From Bacteroidia bacterium (lineage in GTDB: Bacteria > Bacteroidota > Bacteroidia > UBA7662), in NCBI GenBank assembly GCA_046291695.1, contig JBKBSO010000009.1, positions 1,707 through 65,706 on the forward strand: 64,000 bases of DNA, given 5' to 3'. Position numbers and translations under genes: made by a program. The notes below the pieces were generated by a model, which ran no database searches, had not been told where the DNA came from, and was given only the letters and a program-made list of their open reading frames with translations. Positions within the stretch are counted from its first letter, which is position 1, and the number at the start of each line of letters is the position of its first letter. Positions 7,978 to 18,557 of the stretch are shown in pieces.

Positions 7978-10278
7978 ATGCCCCTTACCATCAAATACTT
8001 GTTACTTCCAGCCCTGCTATTTTACGGCAGCCACATGCAACTCAAGGCACAGGCCCTCCGTTTGCCTGAGCCGGGCTTTATGTACAACGACAGCAGTGTG
8101 CTACGCATCGACATCAGCATCCATCCCGATAGCCTCGCAGCCCTTATGCTCCCCGCCAATTGGTACAGCGACCATGAATATCCCGTGAATGTGGTCTTTA
8201 CCAGAGGTACCGAAATCCATAGCCTACAGCAAGTAGGGCTGCGTTTACGAGGAAATACCTCACGTAATGCAGCGAAAAAATCCTTTCGTATTTCCATCAA
8301 TAGCTTTCAGGCAGGCCGCCGTTTTGATGGCTACAAAAACCTCAACCTCATCGCCTCACACAACGACCCGGGCATCATCCGGGCTAAAATGTATTTTGAC
8401 CTCAGTCGCGGACTCGAAGCAGTAGGTTCGCGATCGGCGCATGCCGCCTTGTATATCAATGGGCAGTACTACGGCTTATACACCAATGTAGAGCACATTA
8501 ACGACGACTTTGTACAACACCGCTACGGCAATAAAAACGGCAACCTTTACAAATGCTTATTCCCGGCCGATTTGGCCTACATCTCAAATCATCCCAACGA
8601 TTACAAATTTATGGCCCAAGGACGGCGGGTGTACGACCTCAAAACCAATGAACAAGCCGACGATTATACCGGACTCGCTAACCTGATCCGCACCATTCAC
8701 CACACCCCAGCCGCGCAAATCTATTGCCATCTCGATACACTATTGAATATCGAAGACTTTCTACTCATGCAAGCCATTGATGTGGCCACCGGCCATTGGG
8801 ACGGCTATTACAATAAAAACAACTTTTACCTCTACCAAAACAGTCGCACCGGAAAATTTGAGTTTATCCCTTACGATGTCGACAATACCTTTGGCATCGA
8901 CTGGTTTAACATAAACTGGATGACCATAAACCCTTATCAGTTCAAACCATCGAATCAGGCACGTCCGCTGTACGAAAAGCTCATGGACAATGCACAGACC
9001 CGTGATATTTACAGCTTCTACCTCAGGAAAGTGAGCCAATACCTGCAAAGCGGGCAGTTTCAAAACTGGGTCGATAGCCTTCATAACCGCATCACACCTT
9101 ATGCCCTGTCTGATTCATTTCGCACACTCGATTACGGTTACAATGCGCAAAGCTTTTTGCAATCAACACAACACACGCAGGCCATAGGGCATGTAAAACA
9201 GGGTGTAAAACCTTTCATCAATGGCCGAAATACCTCCACACAATCGCTAATTCCTGCAAATTTTAACATTGCCCCTATTGTGCACCACCCACTCGTAAGC
9301 GGGCTCCGAAGCAATGTTCCCACACATATCCTGGTGAAGGTAGAAGATGAAAATACGGCCCAATTGCAAGTGGTAGCCTTAATCAATTACAACGGAACCA
9401 ACTTCACTGTTCCGCTTTTTGATGACGGCCTGCACAACGACAACCTGGCGGGAGACGGCATTTTCGGTGGATTCTGTCCCAGTTTCAGTCAGCCAGGCAA
9501 CCTGCAAGTTCGCATCCGGGCCATCGACCAGCAACAGCAAGTAAGCATCAGACCCTGTGCTCCACTGCGCTTTGAAGTGCGCGCAGGAGGCCCCATTTAT
9601 ATCAATGAATTTTTGGCCTCAAACTCAACCGGCATACGCGACGAAGCCAACCAGGCGAGCGATTGGATTGAGCTCTACAACAGCAGTACTGAACCCTATG
9701 CCCTGCAAGGCCATAGCTTAAGCGATAATTTCAACAACCCCGGCAAGTGGTTATTTCCAAACGACACCATTGCACCGGGAGCTTTTTACCTGGTTTGGGC
9801 AAGCAATGCCATACAAAGAGGTCCGCGCCATGCTGCCTTCGCTTTATCGGCCAATGGTGAGGAAATTGGCTTCTACAAAGTCGAAAACGGATTGTTTAAC
9901 CTGCTCGACAGCATTAGTTTTGGGCCACAACAAACCGACCATTCTATGGGTCGGTTGCCGGATGGAGGAAACGATTGGGTATATTTTACTACCCCCACGC
10001 CATTGGCTTCAAATGGCAATGCCAGTTCGCTTGTGGAAAAGCATACAAATTTAGCCAAGGTATATCCAAACCCATTTCAAACCCACATTCAGGTACAGCA
10101 CCAATTAAGCGGAACGGCAAAATACGAGCTCTATGATGTACATGGTAAATTGTTGCTTGAGGGAGCCCTCACCGAAAAAACACAAAGCATTCAAGTGCAT
10201 CAACTACCAACGGGAATTTACTTACTGCGCATTCGCAGCAAAACTGCTGTACAGGATTTTCGGCTGCTACGAGAATAA
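7978..10278 (+). CDS. CotH kinase family protein with lamin-tail domain and T9SS C-terminal sorting domain
   Basis: GLRLRGNTSR, KKSF, HWDGY..NNFYLY, PYDVDNTFG (CotH); INEFLASN..DWIELYN (lamin tail); VYPNP...GIYLLRI (CTD). Confidence 0.85.
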   Translation: MPLTIKYLLLPALLFYGSHMQLKAQALRLPEPGFMYNDSSVLRIDISIHPDSLAALMLPANWYSDHEYPVNVVFTRGTEIHSLQQVGLRLRGNTSRNAAKKSFRISINSFQAGRRFDGYKNLNLIASHNDPGIIRAKMYFDLSRGLEAVGSRSAHAALYINGQYYGLYTNVEHINDDFVQHRYGNKNGNLYKCLFPADLAYISNHPNDYKFMAQGRRVYDLKTNEQADDYTGLANLIRTIHHTPAAQIYCHLDTLLNIEDFLLMQAIDVATGHWDGYYNKNNFYLYQNSRTGKFEFIPYDVDNTFGIDWFNINWMTINPYQFKPSNQARPLYEKLMDNAQTRDIYSFYLRKVSQYLQSGQFQNWVDSLHNRITPYALSDSFRTLDYGYNAQSFLQSTQHTQAIGHVKQGVKPFINGRNTSTQSLIPANFNIAPIVHHPLVSGLRSNVPTHILVKVEDENTAQLQVVALINYNGTNFTVPLFDDGLHNDNLAGDGIFGGFCPSFSQPGNLQVRIRAIDQQQQVSIRPCAPLRFEVRAGGPIYINEFLASNSTGIRDEANQASDWIELYNSSTEPYALQGHSLSDNFNNPGKWLFPNDTIAPGAFYLVWASNAIQRGPRHAAFALSANGEEIGFYKVENGLFNLLDSISFGPQQTDHSMGRLPDGGNDWVYFTTPTPLASNGNASSLVEKHTNLAKVYPNPFQTHIQVQHQLSGTAKYELYDVHGKLLLEGALTEKTQSIQVHQLPTGIYLLRIRSKTAVQDFRLLRE

Positions 10279-10325
10279 CTTTTGCTTGGGAAACAGAAAA
10301 TCGGTCGGGCTCAACTGCCTCTAAT

Positions 10326-11405
10326 TCATAACCGCGCCAACCGCATCCGCAGCACATGATCGGCCAGCACCAAAGCCGCCATGGCTTCTACAATGGGAAC
10401 AGCACGCGGCACCACACAAGGGTCGTGGCGCCCCTGAGCGGCCAGTTCAGCGGTTTCACCCTGCCGGGTAATGGTATCTTGCTTCTGAGCGATGGTGGCC
10501 ACCGGTTTAAAACCCAATTTAAAAAAAACCGTTTCTCCGTTGCTAATGCCCCCTTGTATGCCTCCTGAATGGTTGGTACGAGTGGCCACACGCCCCTCGC
10601 GCATTTCAAAAGCATCATTGTAAACGCTGCCCCGCCCCATGGAAGCAGCAAACCCACTACCCACTTCAAACGCCTTTACGGCATTGATACTCAACATCGC
10701 TTTGGCCAAATCGGCTTCCAGCTTATCAAAAACAGGATCGCCCAAACCAGCCGGAACGCCCGTAATTTGGCAGCTGATTTGGCCTCCTACCGAATCGCCG
10801 GCTTCTTTAAGCTCAGCAATCAGTTGCTCCATTTGAGCCGATATTTCGGGATGCGGACACCGCACCAGACTCTCGTCAACCCGGTTCAAATCGAGTTCTG
10901 CAGCTGGCTGCTCCAACAAAATCGGCCCTACCCCACTCACCCAGGCTTTGATGCTGATGCCCATTTGTTGTAAAAACAACTGTGCCAGGGCCCCTGCGGC
11001 TACGCGAGCGGCTGTTTCGCGTGCCGAACTACGCCCACCCCCCCGGTGATCGCGAATGCCGTAACGCGCCTCATAGGTATAATCGGCATGAGAAGGCCGA
11101 TATAGCTCACGCATGGCCTCGTAATCGCCCGAACGCTGATCTGCATTCCTGATAAGCATAGCAATAGGGGTACCTGTGGTACGGCCTTCAAACACCCCCG
11201 ACAACAGTTCGGGATAATCGGCCTCGTTACGGTCAGTGGTTAAGTTGCTTTGACCGGGCCGCCTACGTGCCAATTGGGCAGCCACAAATTCAAGGTCGAA
11301 AGCTAGCCCAGCCGGACAACCATCAATTACCACCCCAATGGCCGGGCCATGCGACTCGCCAAATGTGGTGATGCAAAACTGTTTACCAAAACTATTCCCT
11401 GCCAT
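10326..11405 (-). CDS. aroC: Chorismate synthase
   Basis: TTFGESHG, RPSHAD, GGGRSSARETA, GRHDPCVVPRA. Confidence 0.97.
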   Translation of the reverse strand: MAGNSFGKQFCITTFGESHGPAIGVVIDGCPAGLAFDLEFVAAQLARRRPGQSNLTTDRNEADYPELLSGVFEGRTTGTPIAMLIRNADQRSGDYEAMRELYRPSHADYTYEARYGIRDHRGGGRSSARETAARVAAGALAQLFLQQMGISIKAWVSGVGPILLEQPAAELDLNRVDESLVRCPHPEISAQMEQLIAELKEAGDSVGGQISCQITGVPAGLGDPVFDKLEADLAKAMLSINAVKAFEVGSGFAASMGRGSVYNDAFEMREGRVATRTNHSGGIQGGISNGETVFFKLGFKPVATIAQKQDTITRQGETAELAAQGRHDPCVVPRAVPIVEAMAALVLADHVLRMRLARL

Positions 11406-12639
11406 TTCGATAAGTTAAACTAAAGCCAAAACTCGCTAAATCTTCCCAAAAAGTGGGATATGATTTTGCCACCACTTCGGGTTGGTCGAATACCACCCTT
11501 TTACCCACTGCCGCCAGCAAGCTAAACGCCATGGCCATCCGATGATCGTCGAAGCAACGAATGTGAACTACTTCGGTTCCGGTCTTAATACCCGAAATGA
11601 GCGTCAATTCGTCGGCTTTCAATTGCAAGATGGCTCCTGCTGCCTCAAGATTAATGCGTAAAGCCTCAAGGCGGTCGCTTTCCTTCAGACGTAAACTTTG
11701 CAGGCCGGTGAATCGCGCGGGCTTATTTTTAACTGCCGCCAACACCACGAGGGCAGGAATGAGGTCGGGGCAATTTCGTCCATCAAAAAAATCGGGCATG
11801 GGCAGCGTTTCCTGTTGATGCCTGAGGCGTAATCCACCCGGATGCTCACTGATTTTGCAACCAAAAGCTGCCATCCAAACGGCTGCCTGCTTATCGGCTT
11901 GTTCTGTATGCAAGGGCAAATCGTCGAGTATTAAATCGGTTTCCGGTAAAAGGGCCGCAAACGCCAACCAATAGGCCGCCGACGACCAATCGGGTTCTAC
12001 CGCAAATCTTTTGGGTGCCTGATAGGGCTTGGCCGCCACCTGCAAAACATGCTGCTCCCAGCTGATTTCAGCGCCCCAGGCCTTCATCAGTTGCACCGTT
12101 TGGCGGACGTAAGGCACCGAAACAGCATTGCCCAACAGCTGTAAACGGAGCGGAACAGGCAGGTAGGGCGCCACCAGCAACAAAGCGCTGATGAATTGCG
12201 AGCTCATGCCCGCTTCCATGTTCAGTTGTCCACCCCTCAACAGGCCTTGGCCAATTTTTAGGGGAGGGTAGCCCTCCTTTTCCACATATTCAATGGCGGC
12301 TCCCATTTGCTGCAGGGCAAACACCAAGGGAGCAATGGGGCGTTCGTGTGCGCGATCGCTGCCTTCCAACATAAAATCGGCTTGCTGCAGGCATAAGTAA
12401 GGAAGTAAAAAACGCATCACTGTTCCGGCAGGCCCGGCATGTATGGTACCCGACTTTACCTCCAAGGCGCGAAGCATCAATTCGGTATCCTGTGCAATCG
12501 ACAGTCCGGTTAGTTCGGTGGCTGACCCGGCCAGGGCGCGCATCACCAACAGACGGTTGCTGATACTTTTTGAACCTGGTAAGCGCAGCCTGCCTCGGAG
12601 CCTAATGGGGAATCTAACGGCTAGTGACAAGGCTGGCAT
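11392..12639 (-). CDS. aroA: 3-phosphoshikimate 1-carboxyvinyltransferase
   Basis: PGSKSISNR, SSQFISALLL, KESDRL, DDHRMAM, KSYPTF. Confidence 0.95.
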   Translation of the reverse strand: MPALSLAVRFPIRLRGRLRLPGSKSISNRLLVMRALAGSATELTGLSIAQDTELMLRALEVKSGTIHAGPAGTVMRFLLPYLCLQQADFMLEGSDRAHERPIAPLVFALQQMGAAIEYVEKEGYPPLKIGQGLLRGGQLNMEAGMSSQFISALLLVAPYLPVPLRLQLLGNAVSVPYVRQTVQLMKAWGAEISWEQHVLQVAAKPYQAPKRFAVEPDWSSAAYWLAFAALLPETDLILDDLPLHTEQADKQAAVWMAAFGCKISEHPGGLRLRHQQETLPMPDFFDGRNCPDLIPALVVLAAVKNKPARFTGLQSLRLKESDRLEALRINLEAAGAILQLKADELTLISGIKTGTEVVHIRCFDDHRMAMAFSLLAAVGKRVVFDQPEVVAKSYPTFWEDLASFGFSLTYRNGRE

Positions 12640-12640
12640 T

Positions 12641-13660
12641 TCAGTACAATTGTGATTTTAGCGAATGCAAGGCATCGGCCCCAAGCATTTTGTCGTAAAT
12701 GGCTTCGCCTATGCCGGTAATGAGGCTAAAGCTGATTCGAGCCGCTTGATTTTTTTTGTCTTGCAACATGTATGGCAATAAGGCTTCCAAATCTGGCAGT
12801 TCAAAATCGGGCTGATAAGCTTCTAAAACCTGGCTTATCTGTTGTAATTGTTCAGCCGGCAACAGCTTCAGTGCTGCAGAAAGGCGGCTTTCGAGCAACA
12901 TGCCCATAAAAACGGCCTCACCATGTAGCAGCGGATGGGAACCTTGCTGGCTGTAGCTTTCGATGGCATGGCCAAATGTATGGCCAAAATTCAACAGCTT
13001 ACGCTCGGCTTGTTCCAGTGGATCGCTGGCCACAATGCTGCATTTGATTTCTACCGCCCGCTTGATGAGGGCCAGTTGAGGCAATTCATCCACACCGAGA
13101 GCCTGCAAGGCAGCAAACATGTCGGCATCGGCTATGAGTGCGTGTTTCAGCATTTCGGCCTTGCCCGAGCGCAATTCACGAAGGGGAAGTGTTTCTAAAA
13201 ATCCGGCATAAAAAAGCACAGCGTTGGCTTCATAAAAATGTCCCAAGGCGTTTTTTACACCACCAAAATTCACACCGGTTTTTCCGCCAACTGCCGCATC
13301 TACCTGCGCAAGCAGCGATGTTGGGATGTTGAGATAACGGATGCCTCTTTTGTAGGTTGCGGCCACAAATCCACCCAAATCGGTGATCATACCGCCACCC
13401 ACATTGAGCAACACGGCTTGACGATCGGCACCAGCCTCCATCAGCAGGCCCCACAGCTTTTGGGCCGATGCCAGTGTTTTGTGCTGCTCACCGGCAGGCA
13501 GCACGAATAAGCGGGCCTCCAAAAGGGTGGCAATTGGTTGGGCATGCTGTGCTGTGTGCTCATCGGCCAGAACAAAGACTGCCGATGGTGCCAAATTGGC
13601 CAGTAGTTGCTGCAACTCTTCGGCCGGGGAGGGCGTAAAAAGCAGCTGACTAAGCATCAA
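12641..13660 (-). CDS. aroB: 3-dehydroquinate synthase
   Basis: GGGMITDLGGF, PTSLLAQVDAAVGGKTG, LNFGHTFGHAIE, HGEAV. Confidence 0.95.
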   Translation of the reverse strand: MMLSQLLFTPSPAEELQQLLANLAPSAVFVLADEHTAQHAQPIATLLEARLFVLPAGEQHKTLASAQKLWGLLMEAGADRQAVLLNVGGGMITDLGGFVAATYKRGIRYLNIPTSLLAQVDAAVGGKTGVNFGGVKNALGHFYEANAVLFYAGFLETLPLRELRSGKAEMLKHALIADADMFAALQALGVDELPQLALIKRAVEIKCSIVASDPLEQAERKLLNFGHTFGHAIESYSQQGSHPLLHGEAVFMGMLLESRLSAALKLLPAEQLQQISQVLEAYQPDFELPDLEALLPYMLQDKKNQAARISFSLITGIGEAIYDKMLGADALHSLKSQLY

Positions 13661-14769
13661 TGGTCTTTTTTAACTTCTTGTTGACGTACCTCTTTGAACA
13701 TTTTCACCTGGGTATTGATGCTCTCCTGATGGAGTAAGTGCAACAATCGGGTCATAAACTGCTGGTCAATGCCCAACTCCGCCGCATAAGCCAGGCGGGT
13801 TTTCAAAATTTCGGCCCAACGACCGGGTTGCAGTATGGTGATGTTGTTGTCGTTTTTTACAGCTCCCAAGGCCGAGATGAGGTCGAGTCGTTGTTGCAGT
13901 AGTTTTACCAACTTTATATCGACCTCGTCGATTTCGGCACGGAGTTCCTCGAGCCGGGCATTAAACACCAGGTCGTCGGTTTGCTCACGCCTGAACACCA
14001 AGCCTTCCATCAGCTTAATCAGCTCAGCAGGAGTAATTTGCTGGCAGGCATCACTCCAGGCGTTCTCAGGATCGTAATGTGTTTCGATCATCAACCCATC
14101 AAAATCCAAATCGAGGGCTACCTGGGCCGTATCGGGCACCAGCAGCCGGTTGCCGCTGATGTGGCTTGGATCGCAGATAATGAGCAATTCGGGGAGCAGG
14201 CGCTTCAGCTCAATGGGTATTTCCCAATTGGGATGATTGCGAAAAATACTCTTCTCATAACCCGAAAAACCCCGGTGGATGGCTCCCAATTTCCGAATAC
14301 CTGCCTTGTTGAGCCGCTCAATGGCTCCTATCCACAACTCCAAATCGGGATTCACCGGGTTTTTGACCAACATGGGCACATCTACCCCACTCACCGCGTC
14401 GGCAATTTCCTGCACCAAAAATGGGTTTACCGTGGTGCGCGCGCCAATCCACAACATCTGCACTCCTGCCTTGAGGGCGGCTTCTACATGCTTGCCACTG
14501 GCTACTTCCACCATGAGCGGCAAACCCATTTCGGCAGCTATTTCTACCGACCAGTTCAGGGCTTCGCTCCCAACGCCTTCAAAATGATTAGGCCGGGTAC
14601 GCGGCTTCCAAATGCCTGCCCGTATGGCATCGGGGCGCAGCGGCGACATCTGATTGAGCGTGGCACGGAACTGCGCAGGCGTTTCGGCACTACATGGACC
14701 GCTAATAAGCAACGGACGATCATCGGGTTTCCAGGCGGATTTGGGAAGTATATCGAGTTTGGGCGTCAT
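13657..14769 (-). CDS. Bifunctional DAHP synthase / chorismate mutase (Bacteroidota type)
   Basis: SGPCSAE, WKPRTRP, IGARTTVNPF, DPSHI plus a C-terminal AroQ-like LEELRAEIDEVD domain; first gene of the aro operon. Confidence 0.9.
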   Translation of the reverse strand: MTPKLDILPKSAWKPDDRPLLISGPCSAETPAQFRATLNQMSPLRPDAIRAGIWKPRTRPNHFEGVGSEALNWSVEIAAEMGLPLMVEVASGKHVEAALKAGVQMLWIGARTTVNPFLVQEIADAVSGVDVPMLVKNPVNPDLELWIGAIERLNKAGIRKLGAIHRGFSGYEKSIFRNHPNWEIPIELKRLLPELLIICDPSHISGNRLLVPDTAQVALDLDFDGLMIETHYDPENAWSDACQQITPAELIKLMEGLVFRREQTDDLVFNARLEELRAEIDEVDIKLVKLLQQRLDLISALGAVKNDNNITILQPGRWAEILKTRLAYAAELGIDQQFMTRLLHLLHQESINTQVKMFKEVRQQEVKKDH

Positions 14770-14868
14770 GGTTTGATAACGCAAAGTACGGCAGAAAGGT
14801 TGACAATTAGTGCGTAAAGCTGCAGCATGCTAAATACATCCTGAAACGCCCACACGCTGCTTTACCTG

Positions 14869-15555
14869 TTAAGGCATGCTTCCGAAATTTTGAGTTACCA
14901 ATACCATAGGCAAACTCTTAAAATGAAAGGGGTTGTCTTCCAAAGCAGTACCGCAACCAAGGTGAGTAAAATTCTTACTCATAATATTTGCTTTGTGATC
15001 AGGCGACTTCATCCATATTTTAACGGCAGCACGGGCAAAATCGCCATAGGTAAGCACTTTTAAAGGCTTGCCATTATTCACTTGTAAAAAACTAAAGCTA
15101 CCATCAGGATTTTTGCTCACGTCATATTCTCCTTTTGGACCGGTTTTAAAAGGCGGCATTTCCAAGATGTTTTCGCCTGCAGCCGTAAACTCCCCGCCTT
15201 TATTGCGAATACGCATTTCAAAAGTCCGGTTTTCTTTATCGGTTTTGTTTACATGGTTAAAAAAGCGCTTTTCTACCATTTCATTGCTGTGAAATTCTGC
15301 AGCCTTTTCCAGTATTTCGTCGTACACCAACAACGGTAGGTTTCGCTTCTGCCGGGCTTCGTTGGTGGCAAAAAATATGGCTGCGTTCAGCAAGGCAATG
15401 TCGGGCTTTTCAATATCGATTAGCGTTTGGGCAGCCTCGGTATTAAAAAAGCTATCAACACTCAGTTCGGTATACCAATTTTCATTGAACCGCTGTGCAC
15501 TGCTTTCGAAGCCGTACAACAGCAGCAGGGTGGCCAACAGGACGAGGTTTTTCAT
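14869..15555 (-). CDS. Secreted CAP (SCP) domain protein
   Basis: Signal peptide; TNEARQ, HSNEM, GENI, WMKSPDHKANI, TQNFG. Confidence 0.85.
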   Translation of the reverse strand: MKNLVLLATLLLLYGFESSAQRFNENWYTELSVDSFFNTEAAQTLIDIEKPDIALLNAAIFFATNEARQKRNLPLLVYDEILEKAAEFHSNEMVEKRFFNHVNKTDKENRTFEMRIRNKGGEFTAAGENILEMPPFKTGPKGEYDVSKNPDGSFSFLQVNNGKPLKVLTYGDFARAAVKIWMKSPDHKANIMSKNFTHLGCGTALEDNPFHFKSLPMVLVTQNFGSMP

Positions 15556-15741
15556 GCTGCCAATTTAGTTAAATTCTGAGCTACAAAGGTTAAAATCCTA
15601 TCGGGCCAGGCGCGACATCAGCATCTCATCCCGAAACACAACACTGATTTCCAATTAATTAGCTACCTGTAGATAAAATTGTAGTATATACAAATCAATC
15701 TACAAGACGTTTTTTTTGAGCCGGTCTATGTAAATTCAAGC

Positions 15742-17835
15742 ATGCAACAGGCTACTGACTTCAGTTGGCGTCAGCTGCCCTTTTTCAGGCTGCTGTTGTT
15801 TCTGTTGGTGGGTTATGCGCTCGGCAGCCGGATGGCCATATCCCCGCTGTTCGCCATGGTACTGGCTTGTAGTTTGTTGCTCAGCAGCTGGCTATTGAGT
15901 AAATCGGCCTGGCAAGGGCGCTACCAATACCGGCATCTTCATGCCTTGCTCTTGTACGCTGCCATCACGAGCTGCGGCATGGCTCGGCAAGCGTTGTCGC
16001 AGCAGCAAAATGGGTATACATCTTATGCCGATTTGCAGTCATACAACTACATTTTGGTTAAGCTCAGCAACTACCCGGCTTGGCGAGCGAAGCATTTCCG
16101 CATCGAAGCCAAGCTTTTGGCAGGTATTGGAGCGGAACCCAAACCACTGCAGGCCGGGCTGATGCTGTATGCCGATAGCACAGCAGTGGATTGGAAAGCC
16201 GGCGATTTTTTGTTGATTCCGCGAAACCAAATCATTGAAATTGCTGAAAACAGCAATCCACATGCCTTTTCGTGGAAGCAGCACCAAGCTAAAAAAGGTC
16301 TTCATTATCAGGCTTATCTGCGCAACGGCCATGTACAGTGGCAAGCCGCTGAGCCGAAATTCGGTTTACGGACCTTTGCCTTGGGCATCCGGCAGCAAGC
16401 CATTGGGCAGCTTTACCGCTTTATGCCCCGCGCGCAAGATGCGGCCTTTGCCGCGGCTTTGCTGCTGGGTGAGCGCTCGGGGCTCGATCAGGAATTGGTA
16501 CGGGCCTATTCGGCCAGCGGGGTCATCCACATATTGGCCGTATCGGGCCTACATGTGGGTATTCTATTTTTAATTTTCAGCTGGTTTTTTAAAACCGCCT
16601 TGCGGCTGCCCTCTACATATGCCCTGCCGCTGATATTGGTTTGTTTGTGGCTGTACGCCCTGGTAACCGCGTTGCCCCCTTCGGTGAGTCGTGCCTGCAG
16701 CATGTTTAGCCTGCTAGCCATTGCCCGTGAACTCAAGCGCGATGCATTGGTGTACAATACCATGGCAGCGTCAGCTTTTCTGCTATTGTGGTTTCGTCCT
16801 GGCCTTTTGGCTGAAACCGGCTTTCAACTTTCTTTTGGGGCAGTATTGGGCATCATTTACCTGCAACCCAAAATTTACCGCTTGATTTACGTCCGACATC
16901 GCTGGCTCGATTGGTGTTGGCAGCTTAGCAGCGTTTCCCTGGCCGCTCAGCTGTTTACCATGCCCCTTGGCATTTACTACTTCCACCAGTTTCCCAACTA
17001 TTTTTTACCGGCCAACCTGCTGGTGATCCCGCTGACTGCCCCATTATTGATAGGAAGCTTATTGCTCGTGATTACGGCCCCACTCGCCCCGCTGGCATCG
17101 CTCATCGCCTGGCTGTTGGCCAAACTGTTTTGGGTGCTTAATGCGGGCGTGCAATTCATCGAGGCCCTGCCTGGTGCCTTGAGCGAAGGCTTACTCTGGC
17201 ACGAAATGCAAGTGGTGCTCTTTTACCTCATCCTGTTGTCGTTGGTATGGTGGCTACAAGGTCATAGCGCCTGGCGTTCGCGGGCCATCTGGCTGGCCGT
17301 GCTTTGGTGTTGTTTTCCATTATGGCGACTCGCCCAAAGGCAAAAAACCGAACATTTGGTGGTGTACGACAACCGGAAACAAGCCACAGCAGCTTTTTTA
17401 AGCAAAACCACAGGCTGGGGATGGGGCAGCCATCCTGATGTCGACTTTTCGCCCATGCAGCAACATTTCATTTGGCTGGGCACCAAAGCCTTCGAACAAG
17501 TGAATATCAACCCTTTGAGCCTTTGGCAATGGCACGGACTCCGAATTTTGCACCTGAGTGAAAACCCGACCACCGACAGCCTGCCAACAGCCGATCTGCT
17601 GCTCATCAGCCATCAAGCCTTACCGAAACGCCAATGGCAGCTGTTACGCAATTACCAAATGATACTTCTCGATTCGTCGAATTCGCCCTATTATTGTAAG
17701 CAAATTGCCGAACAGGCCAAACAGTCAGGCAGCAGTTGCCGGGCCGTACCGCTCGAAGGCGCCATTTCGCTTACACCATGGACTATCAATACCTACAAAG
17801 CAGCCTCGACCAAAGGATTGGCCGCATCGTTTTAA
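15742..17835 (+). CDS. comEC: ComEC/Rec2 competence protein
   Basis: HILAVSGLHVG, GFQLSF, multiple TM segments. Confidence 0.9.
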   Translation: MQQATDFSWRQLPFFRLLLFLLVGYALGSRMAISPLFAMVLACSLLLSSWLLSKSAWQGRYQYRHLHALLLYAAITSCGMARQALSQQQNGYTSYADLQSYNYILVKLSNYPAWRAKHFRIEAKLLAGIGAEPKPLQAGLMLYADSTAVDWKAGDFLLIPRNQIIEIAENSNPHAFSWKQHQAKKGLHYQAYLRNGHVQWQAAEPKFGLRTFALGIRQQAIGQLYRFMPRAQDAAFAAALLLGERSGLDQELVRAYSASGVIHILAVSGLHVGILFLIFSWFFKTALRLPSTYALPLILVCLWLYALVTALPPSVSRACSMFSLLAIARELKRDALVYNTMAASAFLLLWFRPGLLAETGFQLSFGAVLGIIYLQPKIYRLIYVRHRWLDWCWQLSSVSLAAQLFTMPLGIYYFHQFPNYFLPANLLVIPLTAPLLIGSLLLVITAPLAPLASLIAWLLAKLFWVLNAGVQFIEALPGALSEGLLWHEMQVVLFYLILLSLVWWLQGHSAWRSRAIWLAVLWCCFPLWRLAQRQKTEHLVVYDNRKQATAAFLSKTTGWGWGSHPDVDFSPMQQHFIWLGTKAFEQVNINPLSLWQWHGLRILHLSENPTTDSLPTADLLLISHQALPKRQWQLLRNYQMILLDSSNSPYYCKQIAEQAKQSGSSCRAVPLEGAISLTPWTINTYKAASTKGLAASF

Positions 17836-18557
17836 ACCGACCCGATAAACGCAATGCCTTCAATGCCGAATTGGTGGAAGAACTCAAACATGCTTTTCAG
17901 CAGCATTATGCCGATCCGGCATGCAAAATAATTGTGCTCAGCGCAAAAGGTGCTGTTTTTAGTGCCGGAGCCGATTTGGGCTACCTCAAGCAACTGCAAC
18001 AGAACACCTACGAAGAAAACCGTACCGATTCGCGCAAATTGATGGCCTTATACGAGATGATTTACAACGGACCCAAAGTAGTCATCAGCCAAATTGAAGG
18101 CCATGCCATAGCCGGAGGTTGCGGTTTGGCTACGGTAAGCGACTTTTCCTTTGCCGTACCCGCTGCCAATTTTGGCTATACCGAAGTCAGAATTGGCTTT
18201 ATCCCGGCCATTGTGTCGGTTTTTTTAACCCGAAAAATTGGAGAAGGCAAAGCCCGTGAACTTTTGCTAACCGGCGACCTCATCAGCGCCGAAGAAGCCC
18301 TACGGTACGGCTTGATTAATTTTGTGATAGCTGCCGATGAAATAGAACAAAGGGTGACTGGCTTTGCACATCGTTTGGCTGAAAATTGCGCATCCAGTTC
18401 TCTTAAAATGACCAAAGAACTGCTGGCCGAAGTTCAGGACCTGCCCTATCAAGCAGCACTCGAACTGGCCGCCGACCGCAATGCCCAAGCCCGGGCTACC
18501 GACGATTGCCAACAAGGTATAGCTGCTTTTTTAAACAAGGAGAAATTGAAATGGTAA
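17778..18557 (+). CDS. Enoyl-CoA hydratase/isomerase (methylglutaconyl-CoA hydratase-like)
   Basis: LNRPDKRNAF, FSAGADL, GHAIAGGCGL, TEVRIGFIPA. Confidence 0.9.
   Translation: MDYQYLQSSLDQRIGRIVLNRPDKRNAFNAELVEELKHAFQQHYADPACKIIVLSAKGAVFSAGADLGYLKQLQQNTYEENRTDSRKLMALYEMIYNGPKVVISQIEGHAIAGGCGLATVSDFSFAVPAANFGYTEVRIGFIPAIVSVFLTRKIGEGKARELLLTGDLISAEEALRYGLINFVIAADEIEQRVTGFAHRLAENCASSSLKMTKELLAEVQDLPYQAALELAADRNAQARATDDCQQGIAAFLNKEKLKW

Noticed and set aside
13657-14769. DAHP synthase-chorismate mutase fusion as a novelty
   Set aside because: This is a well-known arrangement in Bacteroidota.
13981-14817. Long antisense ORFs (e.g. 278 aa here, 238 aa at 21251..21967)
   Set aside because: These are shadows of well-supported genes on the opposite strand and contain no motifs.
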